DNA of 64,000 bases from Phoronis australis. Its lineage: Eukaryota > Animalia > Phoronida. The stretch spans positions 1,345,796-1,409,795 of the forward strand of contig NMRA01000029.1 of NCBI GenBank assembly GCA_002633005.1. Reading direction: 5' to 3'. Position numbers and translations under genes: made by a program. Of the stretch, positions 12,736-25,830 are shown one piece after another. Under the pieces are notes generated by a model. That model saw only the letters and a program-made list of their open reading frames with translations, was not told the DNA's origin and ran no database searches. The stretch's first letter is position 1. Every line of letters starts with the position of its first letter.

Positions 12736-15700
12736 CTACAGTTCTAAGTGTCGACTGTTAAATTTGAGTGGTCTTTTGAGAAGAGCTGTTAATACTAAAA
12801 CTATGAAAACTGTTTTAGTCGGTTGGAGGCAGAATATATTGAAAAGTAACCCAATGGTGAAAGCAGAAATCCACTGAATACTTTGGTGGTACCCATGCTG
12901 TATTCCGTAAAGTATTGAAAAAATTGACGACAACACGCATACTGCTGCTAGAATGGTCCACGAGATGATAATGGTCCACCAAGGCAACCTGCAACTACTA
13001 CCTTTCTTCCGATACCGATTGACTGAGTCATTGGGTAAAGCTTGTTTAGCCACTGTCGCAGACGACCGAGCATTGGCATTTTTCAATTCACTAGCCTTAA
13101 CCAACTTTAAAGCAACTTCACCGGCACTAATGGACGCCTCAGCCGAAGTCACGGAAAGTTCACTAACAGTAACGGAGTCTAAATAACTACTTGATGACGT
13201 GTCATTGGAGTCATCACATTCATTGGGAAGATATTGTGGGCTGTTGTTAAGGTTCACGTTGCATGTTCTGAAACGGCTGGCACTGGCGTAGACCGTGGCA
13301 TGTGTAGAAGAGTTACCCCAATCACGCAATGCCATAACATGTTCTCTAGTAGAGCTCGTGTCCTCGGTTTGATCTTTGGCGTTTGCATCTCCAGATGACG
13401 CCTCCAGGTCACACGTTTGAGCATCCAACTGATCATAGATTCCCATTTTTTTTCTCGGTTCGGTCAACCGAAACAGAGACACTATTGCCAGTTCAAAAGG
13501 CAAGGCGAACACGCTAGAATTTAACCCAAACAATATCACTGCCCACGCATTAACACGCGTTTCTAGCCTTGTCCAGTCAGCAGCATCGACGTTAACTTCA
13601 AAGCAAGCTATATCGATACACATTGTGACAAGGAGAATCATCCCAGCACAGGACAGCCGCTCCACACAAGTGAAGTGACTTTCTGGCGGTCTACCGAAGA
13701 CGCTGTAGAATATATGTTCATCGCAAAACCCTCGCTTCATATTAATATTATACGTATTGCGGAAACCTCTCATATCATCCCGCGTGGCCGCACAAAGTTC
13801 CCTGGCGGTCAGACCGCCGTCCTTGTCCTCTGCCAGCCAATTATTGCACAAGAAATACCAAATCTGCCTCGAGTGCATGTCCTGTACACACATGCTGTGA
13901 AGATACCAGGCTGGTGCATTACCGGTGTTGTCGTGCCAGATGTGCACTTTGCCCACAACACCCAGGCATTGATTCGTCTTCATTATGAACGCGTGCTCTG
14001 TCCCACGATACATGCTGCTATTTCTATTTATGTTATTTAAGTGGTGTGTAAGACTGACGCCTTTGTTACCCACAAGACAGATGTAGACTCTGGCCGTCGT
14101 GGATGCACCTCGATGCCAACCCGTGAGCACAACTATCAAGTAGCAGTGGTTATATGAATCGTTGCTGTCACACAAATAAACTATTTCATTACACCTTTTG
14201 TAATAATTGTCAAGTCTTCGGGCAAACGGAACCAGGAGGATGAATAGTAACCAAACTACTCCAACGGATAGGGCAACGACGAAATTTTCTCGAATTTTAT
14301 GAATAAAAGAGACTGCATCTGGTATATGCAACGGATTTGGGAGCTTAAACCACCCGGCAGCCACGGATGTCAGATGGTTGCAAATACAGACGATTTTCCT
14401 CCGTGAAGTTCTTTGCGACGGCCAACAACCGTAGTTCGACCATCTGTCTTCATCGGCGTTGAAGTAGTAACAAGCCAAGTAATTAAGTTCGTATTTTAGG
14501 ACCATCACGTCCTTTTTGCCTGATACACATCTTTTGTCGGTGTTGTTGATCATTGGTGTCAACATCACTTTGTATCGACATTTGCCGTGTTCGGTGAACA
14601 AGTTGTGTTCAGAACTTCTTTGCAGCCACACTGTCCAATTATTCGACAACGAAAGGCTATCATTTATGATCGGAACACTATTTATTTGTGTTTCGTCCGT
14701 TGCAACAATTCCAATGGCAAGGTTAAGTTCTTTTGCATTGGGAAATTGGATTATAGCAGCGTCTAGTCTCAGAATTTCTACCGTCCAGTTAATTTTTTTT
14801 GTCCGTGTTGACACGCTCTCTGCATTTGTGCATGCTAATGGAACAGAATACGTGAAAGTGTAACCTGTACGATTTCCTTCGTCGTCTATAAAGTATGTAA
14901 ACTCTGTTACTGGCGTGTTTCCATTCGGTTTCACAGACACGGGCTCCTTCTTGTCGACCAATTGATACTTTACGGAGATGATCCCTGTTGTTATTTTGCC
15001 AGAGTCTGTAGACCAATTGTAAAGATTGTCAGCTATCCATACAGATTTCGAAATGACAGCTGAATTAAAGCCAGGTTGAAAACCGACAATTATGTCATTC
15101 GCTTGAGAAAGTTGCACGGAGCAATATTCAAAGTCAACGGAATTCTCGAGGTCAGCTGGATCCTTCACATCAACATGGATTGCTATCTTGTTGTTGGACA
15201 TCTGAGTTGGCGCTTCTCCTACTACCTTGATCAAAGAAATGCCGTCAGCTATTAAGTCCACAACTTCAGCTATCTTTTTCGTGGCCGCCATAGGTTTGCC
15301 ACTTTTCAGTACTGGATTTTGATCACCGACTTTCAGAGCATTTTGCAAAACGGTGCTGGTCGCGTTCAGAGCTTCAGTCAAGATTTGTAACGTTTCTTCT
15401 CGGTCACGAGCATCGCGCCCTACCTTACTTGTTATAGCCCTTACAATTTTATTCAATACGGTGGCAGCCATGGAGACAGATTCTATCGTCTCTGTGAATG
15501 ATTCTGTAATCCTTGTCAGTGACAGCACGGCCAATTCACTCGCCAGCACCGGTGGTGGAAGTTTATCAAAGACGGAGAGCAACGTGTTACTTCCATTCCG
15601 CAAATCTTCGTTCTGATCTGCCACTTCATGTACCATGCTTGATGTATAACAAATTAAAGACAGAACACGTGCAAAGTTTCCTTCCGACAGCAGCTTTTCT

Positions 15701-16415
15701 ACATTGCCTGTCGTGTGTTGAAGGACGCTTCTTACACAATCAGCAGTGCTTAAATTCCGTTTAATATATGGGAATTCAATGTCTTTTGTAATTGAAGTTC
15801 CGCAACAATCCATAGCCTTAACGCGGATGTAGTTGCTTCTGTTTTGCATAAAAGGAAACCTACCTGTAAACGTGGGCTCTTTCGACTGACCTAAAAATAA
15901 TGCCGGACCGTTGTGTCCAGTCACTGAGTAGAACTCGTAATTCACCCTAGATGCACTAACTACATTTGAGACGAAACGGGTGCATGACACTGTAAACGAA
16001 ACAAATAGTGTTTGCGTTATTTTTGGCTCAATGCTGCACGTGCCGGCGGTCAGAAGATAATTTTTCGCAACAATAGTAAAACTCCTTAGCAACTTTTCAT
16101 GAGGAAAAATATATGCCTTGAATATGTATTGAAGATCAGGCTTGAGAGAATGAGCCACGATTTCCAAGATGTTTTTCTCAGGGCCTGATGTCTGCAATGG
16201 TATCCGTTCGTTGCTTTTCTCCCTAATGCTCGCTGTCCAGTTATAAATGAGAGGTCGCAAGTGTGAACACCTGGTACAAGTCGCAACAAGCACAATCGCA
16301 CGATCTGTGCGAGCGTATTCCCTGCGATCCATAACACAGTTTGTGGCGCAACGTATCTGAACTTCAGGACAGTTTCCTTTCCCATCCACGCCAGGACAAA
16401 CAAACACTGGGGAAG
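12736..16415 (-). CDS. Gene B terminal exon: polycystin-1/REJ-like (partial REJ, GAIN/GPS, TM1, PLAT/LH2, TM2-TM5); no channel domain
   Basis: 3680-nt exon from the phase-1 acceptor ttccag|CT to TAG. GPS: CYYF...WSNYGC...VCICNHLT. PLAT: YLIVVLTG...TTARVYI.LVG...WHDNTG..PAWYL...WYFLCNNWL. Post-PLAT: RPPESHFTCVERLSC. TM4: LPWW...ILYG. TM5: WISAF...CLQPTK. Confidence 0.93.
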
Positions 16416-17197
16416 CTGGAAAGGAAGAAGGAAATCTCTGTGTGAGCAGTCATGAGAAAGTGAGTCGAAGGAGCCCAGACATACAGATTCATTAGTAATG
16501 GCCGGTTCGATGGGTAAAAAACTCGTCAATCTATCATTTTACCTGAGTATAGCCTCTCAAAACAAGGACAGCTTTTTAAAGTTGTTTTCCTTATTTTGTG
16601 AGGAACCCTCCCAGAGAAATTAAAATTTTGAAGTCATGCCAATGGGCAGCTTATATGTAGGCGTGAACTCCACAATGTCGGCCCGGTTTTTATTTTCGTG
16701 CTCGACATTATTTTTTAGCTCAATGTCAGCGTCGATTATCCTGTTCTCGAGTACAATCTCATTTACGCAGGTGGATTTCTAGTCAAACTTTGCACTTGAT
16801 GATCCCTAGATAAAACCTATAGTAAAGACTCGAGTTTCTGAGAAAAAATAAGGAATCCAGACTCGAACCTATAACTCCAGTCATGGGCCATCAGGTGTAA
16901 ATTGTAGGATAAGACAGTTGTCCGTGTAAATCATATTGTACTCAGGCACACAATGACAGGGACCTGCCTGGAGGCCGTATAACAAGCAATGGGTTTTTTT
17001 CTGAAGCGACTATTTAAAGTCTATAAATTGACTTGTCATCGCGGTTCTCAGGTAATGAATAAAAAGGATATTTTTTAAAAGATCAGAAGTCAGTTCTCGT
17101 CTGTGTCGGATTTACGCTGGTAAGTCATCTCATTCAAAAGTTTGCTATTTGACAAATTCTGTTTTCACCAATGTTTTATTAAATTTGTACATGTTAC

Positions 17198-17455
17198 CAG
17201 TTCTTATGTATAACGAGGCGCTCGACACGTCTTTAAATACTTCTTTAACTGTGTGCACTGCAACCTGGTACGATGTGTTTGGTTGGAGACCTCGGCAAAT
17301 TCCCTGCAATCCTTCCACCTCATAACTATGAATAGTCCCAGAGCCCATGCACGTGAGGCGGTACTTGTCCTTGCTGCCCTCTGCCTCTTTCCAAGACAGC
17401 TGAATCGAGTCCGTGGTTACTACTCTAACGACGACGCTAGTCACTCTTGCAAGGT
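17198..17455 (-). CDS. Gene B exon: fibronectin type III domain
   Basis: ttgaag|AC...ACT G|gtaaca, 258 nt, phase 1-1; SIQLSW...Y...GLQPNTSYQVAV. Confidence 0.85.
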
Positions 17456-17969
17456 CTTCAAATAAAAATTGAGGAATGTCAAATTCGTGTTAAATGCCTT
17501 CAAGGCTACCTACATGCATGTATACACTACACCGTGAAATCGTTCGAACTCGATTTCGTGAGCGCGGAATAAATATACGTGACTTAACAAAGTATGGAGA
17601 TTGATAGACCTTTTGTCAGATATGAAGCAAGAGGGATTCTTGTCGTCATGGTGCTAACAGGGATATACCTAGACTTTAAACCAATATCTGGCAGCGGAGT
17701 CGAAAAATCAAGTTGACCAGGTCAAATATTGATACCTGTAGCACACTTTTTCAAATAATGTACATTGCAAGACTGAAAGTCCCGTGAAAGGTAACCTCCC
17801 TACTTCATTTTGATTAAAACAACGGATGTTAACGCGTTAGTCGAGTTGAAGCTATTAAGCCCAAATATCGCCAAACTCCTATATGCCAAATACATGTATT
17901 TTCAAAATTAATTGCATTTGATGTGAATTTCTGGTTTTATTTTTGGTCGTGCGCCGTAATGAATGAGAC

Positions 17970-18062
17970 CTGATTCGTGCGTTATGGGTACTCATGCAAC
18001 TGATTCGGGCATTATGGGTACACACGCAACTGATTCGTGCTTTATGGGTACTCATGCAACTG
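17970..18062. repeat. 30-bp minisatellite, 3 copies
   Basis: ctgattcg(t/g)gc(g/a/t)ttatgggtac(t/a)ca(t/c)gcaa repeated three times, no spacers. Confidence 0.9.
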
Positions 18063-18125
18063 TCACCATTTGTAGAAAAGTGACGAAAAAAAAGCCGAAA
18101 GTTACGAAATGCACATGGGTGTGTT

Positions 18126-18667
18126 CATTACGGCGTTTTCCCGTTGCTCTCAACTTGTTCGATTCTATAGCCCAACAACAAGTTGGGAAGTTTACCCCGG
18201 TAGCCAATATCATAAATGACTGATTAACTCCATTCTGACATTCATGGTTGGAGGGTCAGCTCTCTTTTGTTCAATAGTTGCTCTAATCTTCAATAAGATC
18301 GCACATGTATCTAGCCTGACTGGGCTCTTCTGTTAAAAATAAAAGTTACGTTATTACATAGTTAGACATAAACCAATAGAATTTCTGAAATCTTCGTCAA
18401 ATGGTGATAACATTTAGTTTTTGAATCGCCAAAATCGCCCAACTGGAACCGAAGTTACAACAATCTATTCTTTCCGAATACACCAATTCACTTTGAGTTT
18501 GACTGTGTTCACACGTGGTCTGTAATAAGCCCGGTAGATAATTGACCTGCTGGTTGTCATACCAGACAAAAGAGTGTGCTTGGTAGTTAACAAAGAAGCT
18601 AGATGTTATCACACGCTCAGAACCCCCTACTTCTTGTAAAGCTACTCAACTGGAAAACGCTGCCATG
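18126..18667. mobile_element. ~540-bp MITE, copy 1
   Basis: TIR cattacggcgttttcccgttg / caactggaaaacgctgccatg; homologous to 41531-41962 and 58490-59032. Confidence 0.85.
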
Positions 18668-20848
18668 TTAGGGATCTGTTTTGAATGACAAAATTATTCG
18701 TGTGCTCGCACTTGGTGATAGTAAGAAAAAGTAATTTTAAGCGTTGAAAGGCGGGTTCTAGTGAAAATGATATTGGTATACCACAGAGTGAAACCTTGTA
18801 ACTGCCTACGGTCTTGGGAACTTTACCTTCCAACAAAGGGAATATGCTGACGACTTGTAATCCTTTACATTAGAGTTAACGCACAGGAAGACGACGACTA
18901 CTGAATCGCTCTGAAATTTGCCCGCTACTTGGGAGACCAGTTACTGAACTCTGTTTGACCAGCGCCTTTTTAGCCGCACTGGCAAGTGCCTAAGCATATC
19001 CCTGCTGCTAACCAGAAACTTCACAGCGAGCGACACTGTGCTGGTTTTCCCGGTGCAGAGCTAAAAGCCTTATCCACAGTTGTACAACAAAGTGACGATT
19101 TTGTCACACTTTTCTGCCAAGTCTGCACATTAACGGTAATTATAGCAAATTCCTGAAAGTATTCCACAGTTACACTGACTGTAACTGCAGCTGTAATGCC
19201 ACGAGAACATATGCCTTTACAGCAATCGTATAATTATTACTTTCGAAAATAAACTAGACGGAATTCGACACAGCTCTCTGGGAACTGCCAAATTTAGATC
19301 AGAATTTTCACCTAGTTCGGAAGAGATTTTGTCACAATAAACTAGTTTTCTTCCCCAATTTTAGGCAGTATTTAGTGTGACGTCACTGCGGCTTGCCGTT
19401 AATTGTTTATGTTTCTGCAATTGCAAGACAAAGAACTTGGAGCAATGCAGAACCTGCCGATTTCATTGACAATTACTCAGATTTGTCGAATTTGATTCCA
19501 ATCCGTGGTTTTAGGCAACGCAACTGACCAATTTCGACTTTGCACAGTTTATTTTCAAGTATACCACAAGGTAAAGAAAAGCGTTCTTGGTCCTTGTTTC
19601 TATTCATTTTGAGACATGCGCTCTCCAAAAAATCATCTAACGCCCGCTTCCATGAATTTAAGCAATGAGGGCATGGTGTCTTTTTGAAAAGTTTCGCAAA
19701 GACACGTAACATCTGAAAGCAACCTTAAAACACCCTGATTGCCAAGCGTTGAGTTAAAATGCACCCTACATCATATTTATTCTTCCCAGGTGGATTTTCT
19801 TTTTTGAAAAAGTGAGCAACTCAAAGGTTAGCGCACCACCAAATAGCTTTCCAAAAACACAGACCAGATTCAAATATGTCTTTTTAGCTAACTGTCAACG
19901 CAATATTACTGGCAGATCAAAGATATCGAGTGCGGGACAACAACGACGTTCTAAGGCAACGTGTTTGGTCCTTCACGAACTAAACGGCGTGAAGTTTATT
20001 GGCCCTACCCAGTCTGCATATGAATAAGTGCAATTCATGGATATTTTCAATTCGGGGTCATACAACTTATTGTGAGTTTGCTAAGAACTTATAATGAACA
20101 ACGGCAATACAGTGTACAGTAAATGTCCTTAGTAAAAGTCGACTATCATTTCACTGTTTACAGAGCATGCATAGGTGAGTGTAGGCAAAATATGGAGGGA
20201 TCGGATGGGAAGCCAGTTGCACCACAATGCACAAGAGAATAGTTACAAACAGTAGGTCACCATAGACACTCGTCGACAGAGCTTTGTGTGGGCGAATAGT
20301 GAGGCTGGTGCTGTAGTTTTCTCTTTGGCTATTCCAGGTAATAAGCCCAGCATTACCATCTAGGGCACCAGTCTCTGAACTGTGCCTCAATACATTACTG
20401 CTGTGTTTTCTCCTCAATTGAGATTCAAATGATTCCTACCTGTTCACTCATTGTTTTACCTGCACTCTCCTGCAACAAGTTTGTATCCAATATTGTGTTC
20501 CGCCATGAATGACTTTTTTATTGAGGATATTTATGGATTGTTGATTCTGACATGGCCATGGACTAAAGTCATTACAGTGTAACTTTGGCTTCCGTCTACA
20601 CACGCTACCGCTGAACTGTTTTCCATTAAAAATTTGAGAGGGGAATGAGCAAACAGAAATTTGGTTTGTGGCGCCGGTGACGCAAGCGACTGTCCAGCGG
20701 CATGTACTGTACATGTATGCAATGGGGCTGCATGACATCACCCATGACTTGTTTGCTAACAGTTATTCAAATCAAAAACATGGGCCCTCGTCTTCTTAAG
20801 CACCATGTTTCCAATGATATGGAGTCATCCACGACATCGTACGCTTAC

Positions 20849-21100
20849 CAGTCTTGATGGCAATGACTTTGCGAGCAGGTCGGAAGTGTCCGTGGATCGT
20901 CGACAGGGTTATGTTGTTACTAGTGCCTGGTATCAAATCACTGAAAGTAAATTTCCTGGCCAAGGGGTCCAAATTGTAAACTCCGTCAGGGTATTCCAGC
21001 TGATAACCCTCCCTGATAGCATTGCGCGGTTCAGTCCACGTGAGTACAATGCGACCATCGCGGCGTTTGTATGGACGGATACGTCGAACTGGTTGGATTG
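20849..21100 (-). CDS. Gene B exon: fibronectin type III domain
   Basis: tttcag|CA...ACT G|gtaagc, 252 nt, phase 1-1; IVLTWTEP...GYQLEY...FSDLIPGT. Confidence 0.85.
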
Positions 21101-22381
21101 CTGAAAACGACAAAGGTTTAGAAATTAGCATGACTGCTTTGGTCAATCTTTTGCTTTTTGACAATGTTACTCGTATTAAGCGATTCCTTAGGAAAGAAAC
21201 GTAATTCTTCTCCGAAATTCTTATATTTTGAAAAAGAGTAACTTACGGTATGTGAGGAAAAAATAAGTTCTTACATGAAACTTCAAAGTTTTTAACACTT
21301 CATTTTATTTAAAGTAAAATTTTCCGAATAATTTACGTTTCACCGAAAAAATGCAAAACACGTAAAACAAAACAAGTACTGCTCTAAGAAATGTTGTTTT
21401 CCTCCGAAATGTACAGTACGTGTTCAACATACGTCACTCAAAGCTAAATTTTGCTGGCTTAAAACAAAAATTGATTGAAACCTTTTGCGCTCATAAAGCG
21501 ACTCAAAATGTCTCGGATTTTAATGCATTTCATAAAAAAATTCACTTAAAATTGCAAATTCGAGAAAACGATCTACAATTTTGAAGTAATTATTGTTACC
21601 TACATGTACCAGCGGCCTGATTATGTTTGAAAACTGGGCTCTTAAGTATAACTTTGCCGCCGATAGGTACATGTACAGTGCACTGTGTGACGGAGCCAGC
21701 TATAAACATTCATTTCACAATCTACAGTTTGTAGGAAAAAATTCCGTTGATGAGAAAAGGACTTTGTTTAAATCAGGTTCCCCGCGCGGATGGCATATGC
21801 ACGCAATTACGGGAACAACTCACTACTCCGAAGGTTCACTGCTCCGAAGATAATAAAAATATCGGACTGTGATCGTTATATTTTTGTGTGTAAAAAATAA
21901 ACGATACTTCAATCTAATACACTTTGGTTTCCTTCGCAGTCTTGTGAAGTTGGCCTCCAAATCCTGTCGTAATGAATTCAAAAAATGAGTTCGTACTTAC
22001 ATTTCAAAAAGAACATGACCTAGAAATATTAATGAACCATCATCCACGATACGTTCACCAAATCCATTCTCCGCTCGCACCATTTCGCAGCACGACAGGA
22101 AAATTTATCCGCTGCACCTAAACCTCACGCACAGAACTGGAAACGGGTTAAAACTTCCTGCAGTAGCCTACCCTGTCTCTGCCAATCCTCGATCAATGGA
22201 AACTGGTACAATACCTCCAAGAGTATCCAAAATGTCCTTGTGTCTCAAAAAATGATTTTATTAATGCAACTTAAAAAAATTAATTGCCTTTAGTATACAT
22301 TTTGCTAATAAACAATCAAAAAAGTTTTGAAATATATTTTTCTATTATCGGTGTGGTACGCCTTGTTTTTACAAGTACGAT

Positions 22382-23463
22382 ACTGAGGAGTATTGAGGAA
22401 AGCCTTTTTCAGACATGAAATGTTGCGTTTGTGGAGGCTGTAGTCACAGCAACTTAACTGAGAAGGTCTTTGTGTTTAAAAATTCCCAAATGCGTGAAAG
22501 TTGCACAGAAACGGCATTGGTTGGTTCGCCGCACGATAGTGTGGAATGTCAGAGTGCAATAGCGACTCAGTTGTGAGCCACACTTTGTTCGCCACATTTT
22601 AAGGAATCGTGTTTCGACCAGACACAAAGACGGCGTTAAAATGATGGACTCGCCACCTTATTACTGTATTTGCATATTTTATACATAACAAGCAAACTGC
22701 TTCCATTCTGTGGCGAGTGATGCCTGGTCCTCTACCCTGGTCCAGATCGAGTGCTACGACACGTATGTTTAGACATTGCGTTTAAATCGTGCTCATTCCA
22801 TCATGGCAATAGTGAATACGAGTGACCCGGGTTTACTGTGGCCTTTGTCAGTGATNNNNNNNNNNNNNNNNNNNNNNNNNNNNNNNNNNNNNNNNNNNNN
22901 NNNNNNNNNNNNNNNNNNNNNNNNNNNNNNNNNNNNNNNNNNNNNNNNNNNNNNNNNNNNNNNNNNNNNNNNNNNNNNNNNNNNNNNNNACTGAGGAGTA
23001 TTGAGGAAAGCCTTTTTCAGACATGAAATGTTGCGTTTGTGGAGGCTGTAGTCACAGCAACTTAACTGAGAAGGTCTTTGTGTTTAAAAATTCCCAAATG
23101 CGTGAAAGTTGCACAGAAACGGCATTGGTTGGTTCGCCGCACGATAGTGTGGAATGTCAGAGTGCAATAGCGATTCAGTTGTGAGCCACACTTTGTTCGC
23201 CACATTTTAAGGAATCGTGTTTCGACCAGACACAAAGACGGCGTTAAAATGAAGGACTCGCCACCTTATTACTGTATTTGCATATTTTATACATAACAAG
23301 CAAACTGCTTCCATTCTGTGGCGAGTGATGCCTGGTCCTCTACCCTGGTCCAGATCGAGTGCTACGACACGTAGGTATAGACATTGTGTTTAAACCGTGC
23401 TCATTCCATCATGGCAATAGTGAATACGAGTGACCCGGGTTTACTGTGGCCTTTGTCAGTGAT
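22382..23463. other. Probable assembly artefact: 474-bp duplication flanking an N gap
   Basis: 22382-22855 is repeated at 22990-23463 on the other side of the N run 22856-22989. Confidence 0.85.
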
Positions 23464-23905
23464 TAAGTATATATTTTGTGAATATTGATCACCTCTTGGT
23501 TCAGTTGATTGTGGCTCACATATGTCTGCACGTCTAACATTTCATCACGGCCTCAAAACCAACGGAAGTTCGTTAAGTGGGGAATCGAATTTATCGTCTG
23601 ATTCTTCAAATACTTGAGTGTGATGCCCATGTCAACCCTCTCCTCTCTATCTCTTGCTCAAACCTGTCATCGTCTGCTGATCTGCTATGATCCCGCCATT
23701 GCAATAATTGTCAAGTGACCAAACGCCTTCCAACCATTACATCATTTGGCGGGAAATTTAGAAATAAATAATATTTCTTCAAAATTAAAAAATCGTGGCT
23801 ATTTGGCACAAAAAGTAATTATTTAGTTGGAATGTATAGTACTTATTTCATATTAGCTAACTGAAACCTCAAAAACTAAGAAAATGCATGACGGGAGCTC
23901 TTTAA
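23022..23905 (+). mobile_element. THAP-bearing Kolobok-like transposon remnant
   Basis: MKCCVCGGC...(frameshift)FP...W...LCSPHFKESCF THAP motif; the element ends gggagctct-TTAA. Confidence 0.55.
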
Positions 23906-24659
23906 TTTTGCTTGCCAGATTCACCTCATTGGCAGACATTGAAAGAAGTGAACTTTCGAAACAGTGAATCTTCGGAGCAGTTAACTTTTGAAGTTGTGTA
24001 TCTTCGGGTCAGTGAAGTGAATGAAACTAACGAGAGCATCAATTATAGACATAGAATGCAAGTTATTAGTTACGGGTCATGAAAATACTGACATACTTTT
24101 GGGTTACAGACATGTTAACGGAAAAATATGAATAGGTAAAACAGGAAAAAAAAACTAACTAACTAGGTGCATGTACGGAATACGTGTGGAAAAGTTAAAA
24201 ATAATGACACAAATCGCAGTCGAATCCTTTTGCATAGCCATAACATGGGACATCGACGGAAACGTCGCAGGACACTACGGTGGAAGATTGGAAATTTATT
24301 TACTAAAATATAATGAATTCAACATTTCACGTCTCCACTTGTTCAAAGTTTGCTTGCAATAATGGGCGATTCCATCTTGTTAAAAGACCTGGCGGCTTTT
24401 GCCCAAAGTCGCCTTCGCCGCTGACTGGAACGTTATTTTCAGTGTTTTCACCAACTATCCGAATATCTTTAGTATGTTGCAATTTTACTTAAATATGAAT
24501 GTTCGTTGTTGTATGTTTACTCAATGTATCCACCATGTCAATCACGCTTATCAAACCCGGTTCCAGATCATGACAGGTATTGGTGGCCTCTTTAGAAAAT
24601 GTTTTATACCTAAAAACTGTTGAAATCACGTACACCTTGGTCTTTAAGACTTTGCTTAC

Positions 24660-24908
24660 GTTCACAAGGCTTGACACTGCACCTTTCGAGCTGTGTGTGT
24701 GCCCCAAGGTCTACGTAACACCAAACTCCACTAACTTTATTACCCTCTTCCGGATGACGTCGGCAGTAGTTCTTACTTCTTTGTACATCTGGTTTAACTG
24801 CTTTATCGGTTACAGACTTCCACCATTGACAAGGATTGCCCAGATGGTCTTCTCCGGTGAATCCTTCGTAGTAGTTGTCTGTCGGTCCATAGCAGACGTG
24901 GAAATTTG
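24660..24908 (-). CDS. Gene B exon: kringle domain
   Basis: attcag|CA...GAA C|gtaagc, 249 nt, phase 1-1; CY...Y.G...G.PCQWW...NYCR...WCY...C...C with six Cys. Confidence 0.9.
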
Positions 24909-25228
24909 CTGAATCAGAAATCGTTAGGGGATGTTTAAAATTCAGCAAAATACTGTTTACGCTACTTAAATGGGGCATGATTCGTCAGACGCACAAGAGT
25001 TCTTTGAACAGACAAAAGCAACCTGGATATGTTCTTCGTTAACCTTGCCCAGCATTTACAAACGTGTGTTCGATCTAGTGAAGTGTTTTCTTTTTTGACA
25101 CGCCAACGGGTGTCTATTACTCTCCTACTTTATGATGTATTTCTTCAATATTAGATGAGAGATAGATTTGTAATGTCTCCGGATTATATGTAAAATCATT
25201 TAACTACAGGAATTGCAAAACGACGTAC

Positions 25229-25453
25229 CACCCAATCGTCTCCCTGCAATCTCTATCTCGCAAAGACCAAATGAAGCTTGGTGGTTAAATTTGACAGTGA
25301 CGTATCGGCCATAGCTCTTGTCGCTCTCTCGGCACAAAACCGTAACGGAATCTTTGATGTCTCTCTGGCTGGAGGATATACCACACACATCGTCCTCTTC
25401 AGATGGTACAGCCGACATTGAAAGGGTGATGACAAAGTTTTGTTTTTGGGAAT
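25229..25453 (-). CDS. Gene B exon: F-type lectin-like domain, C-half
   Basis: ttgtag|AT...GGT G|gtacgt, 225 nt, phase 1-1; VCG...LC...YGRYVTV...LCEIEIAG. Confidence 0.85.
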
Positions 25454-25599
25454 CTACAATAGTCCATCTCAAAGACGGAGTTTTCACAGCCCTAGCACCT
25501 GACTATCTTGACATGAAAGTAACAATAAATAGTTCTTGAGCCATTCAGGAAATGCATAGTTTTACTTGAACAAGTTCTGATGAGCTGTTTTATCACATC

Positions 25600-25830
25600 C
25601 CTAGATCCTTGGGCACGTCTCATCTCCTTCAATGGGATGATGACAATCACTAGTAGTGGTGGCGGGAATTCGGGTCACGTGAAATCTCATTTTCTTGTTA
25701 CGTTGTCAACAATCTCATTTCATGTCGACGTTCATTTGAATTCGGCACCACCATGCTGACTGAGAGGTTTTAGGGCTTGGATGTAGATAGCCTCCTGAAC
25801 CCCTCTGTCGAACAAATTTTTCATCGCATT
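25600..25830 (-). mobile_element. Penelope-like element 3' fragment (end of GIY-YIG endonuclease)
   Basis: FDRGVQEAIYIQALKP...GG resembles the PLE C-terminal consensus FERGVKEAIYI..LKP.LN.DGG. Confidence 0.65.

Noticed and set aside
12953-15764. Plus-strand and alternate-frame ORFs overlapping the giant exons (also 35808-36847)
   Set aside because: Shadow ORFs of the real minus-strand CDS with no recognisable motifs
17970-18062. CRISPR-like 30-bp repeats
   Set aside because: No spacers, no cas genes, eukaryotic intron; it is a minisatellite
22382-23463. Direct repeats resembling LTRs
   Set aside because: They flank an N gap and have no TG..CA ends, PBS or TSD; scaffold overlap artefact
25577-25600. 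CTGATGAG hammerhead-core-like sequence near the PLE fragment (also CTGATGG...GAAAC on the minus strand at ~28727-28747)
   Set aside because: The first has no stem II plus GAAA; the second lacks the conserved A and a real stem II
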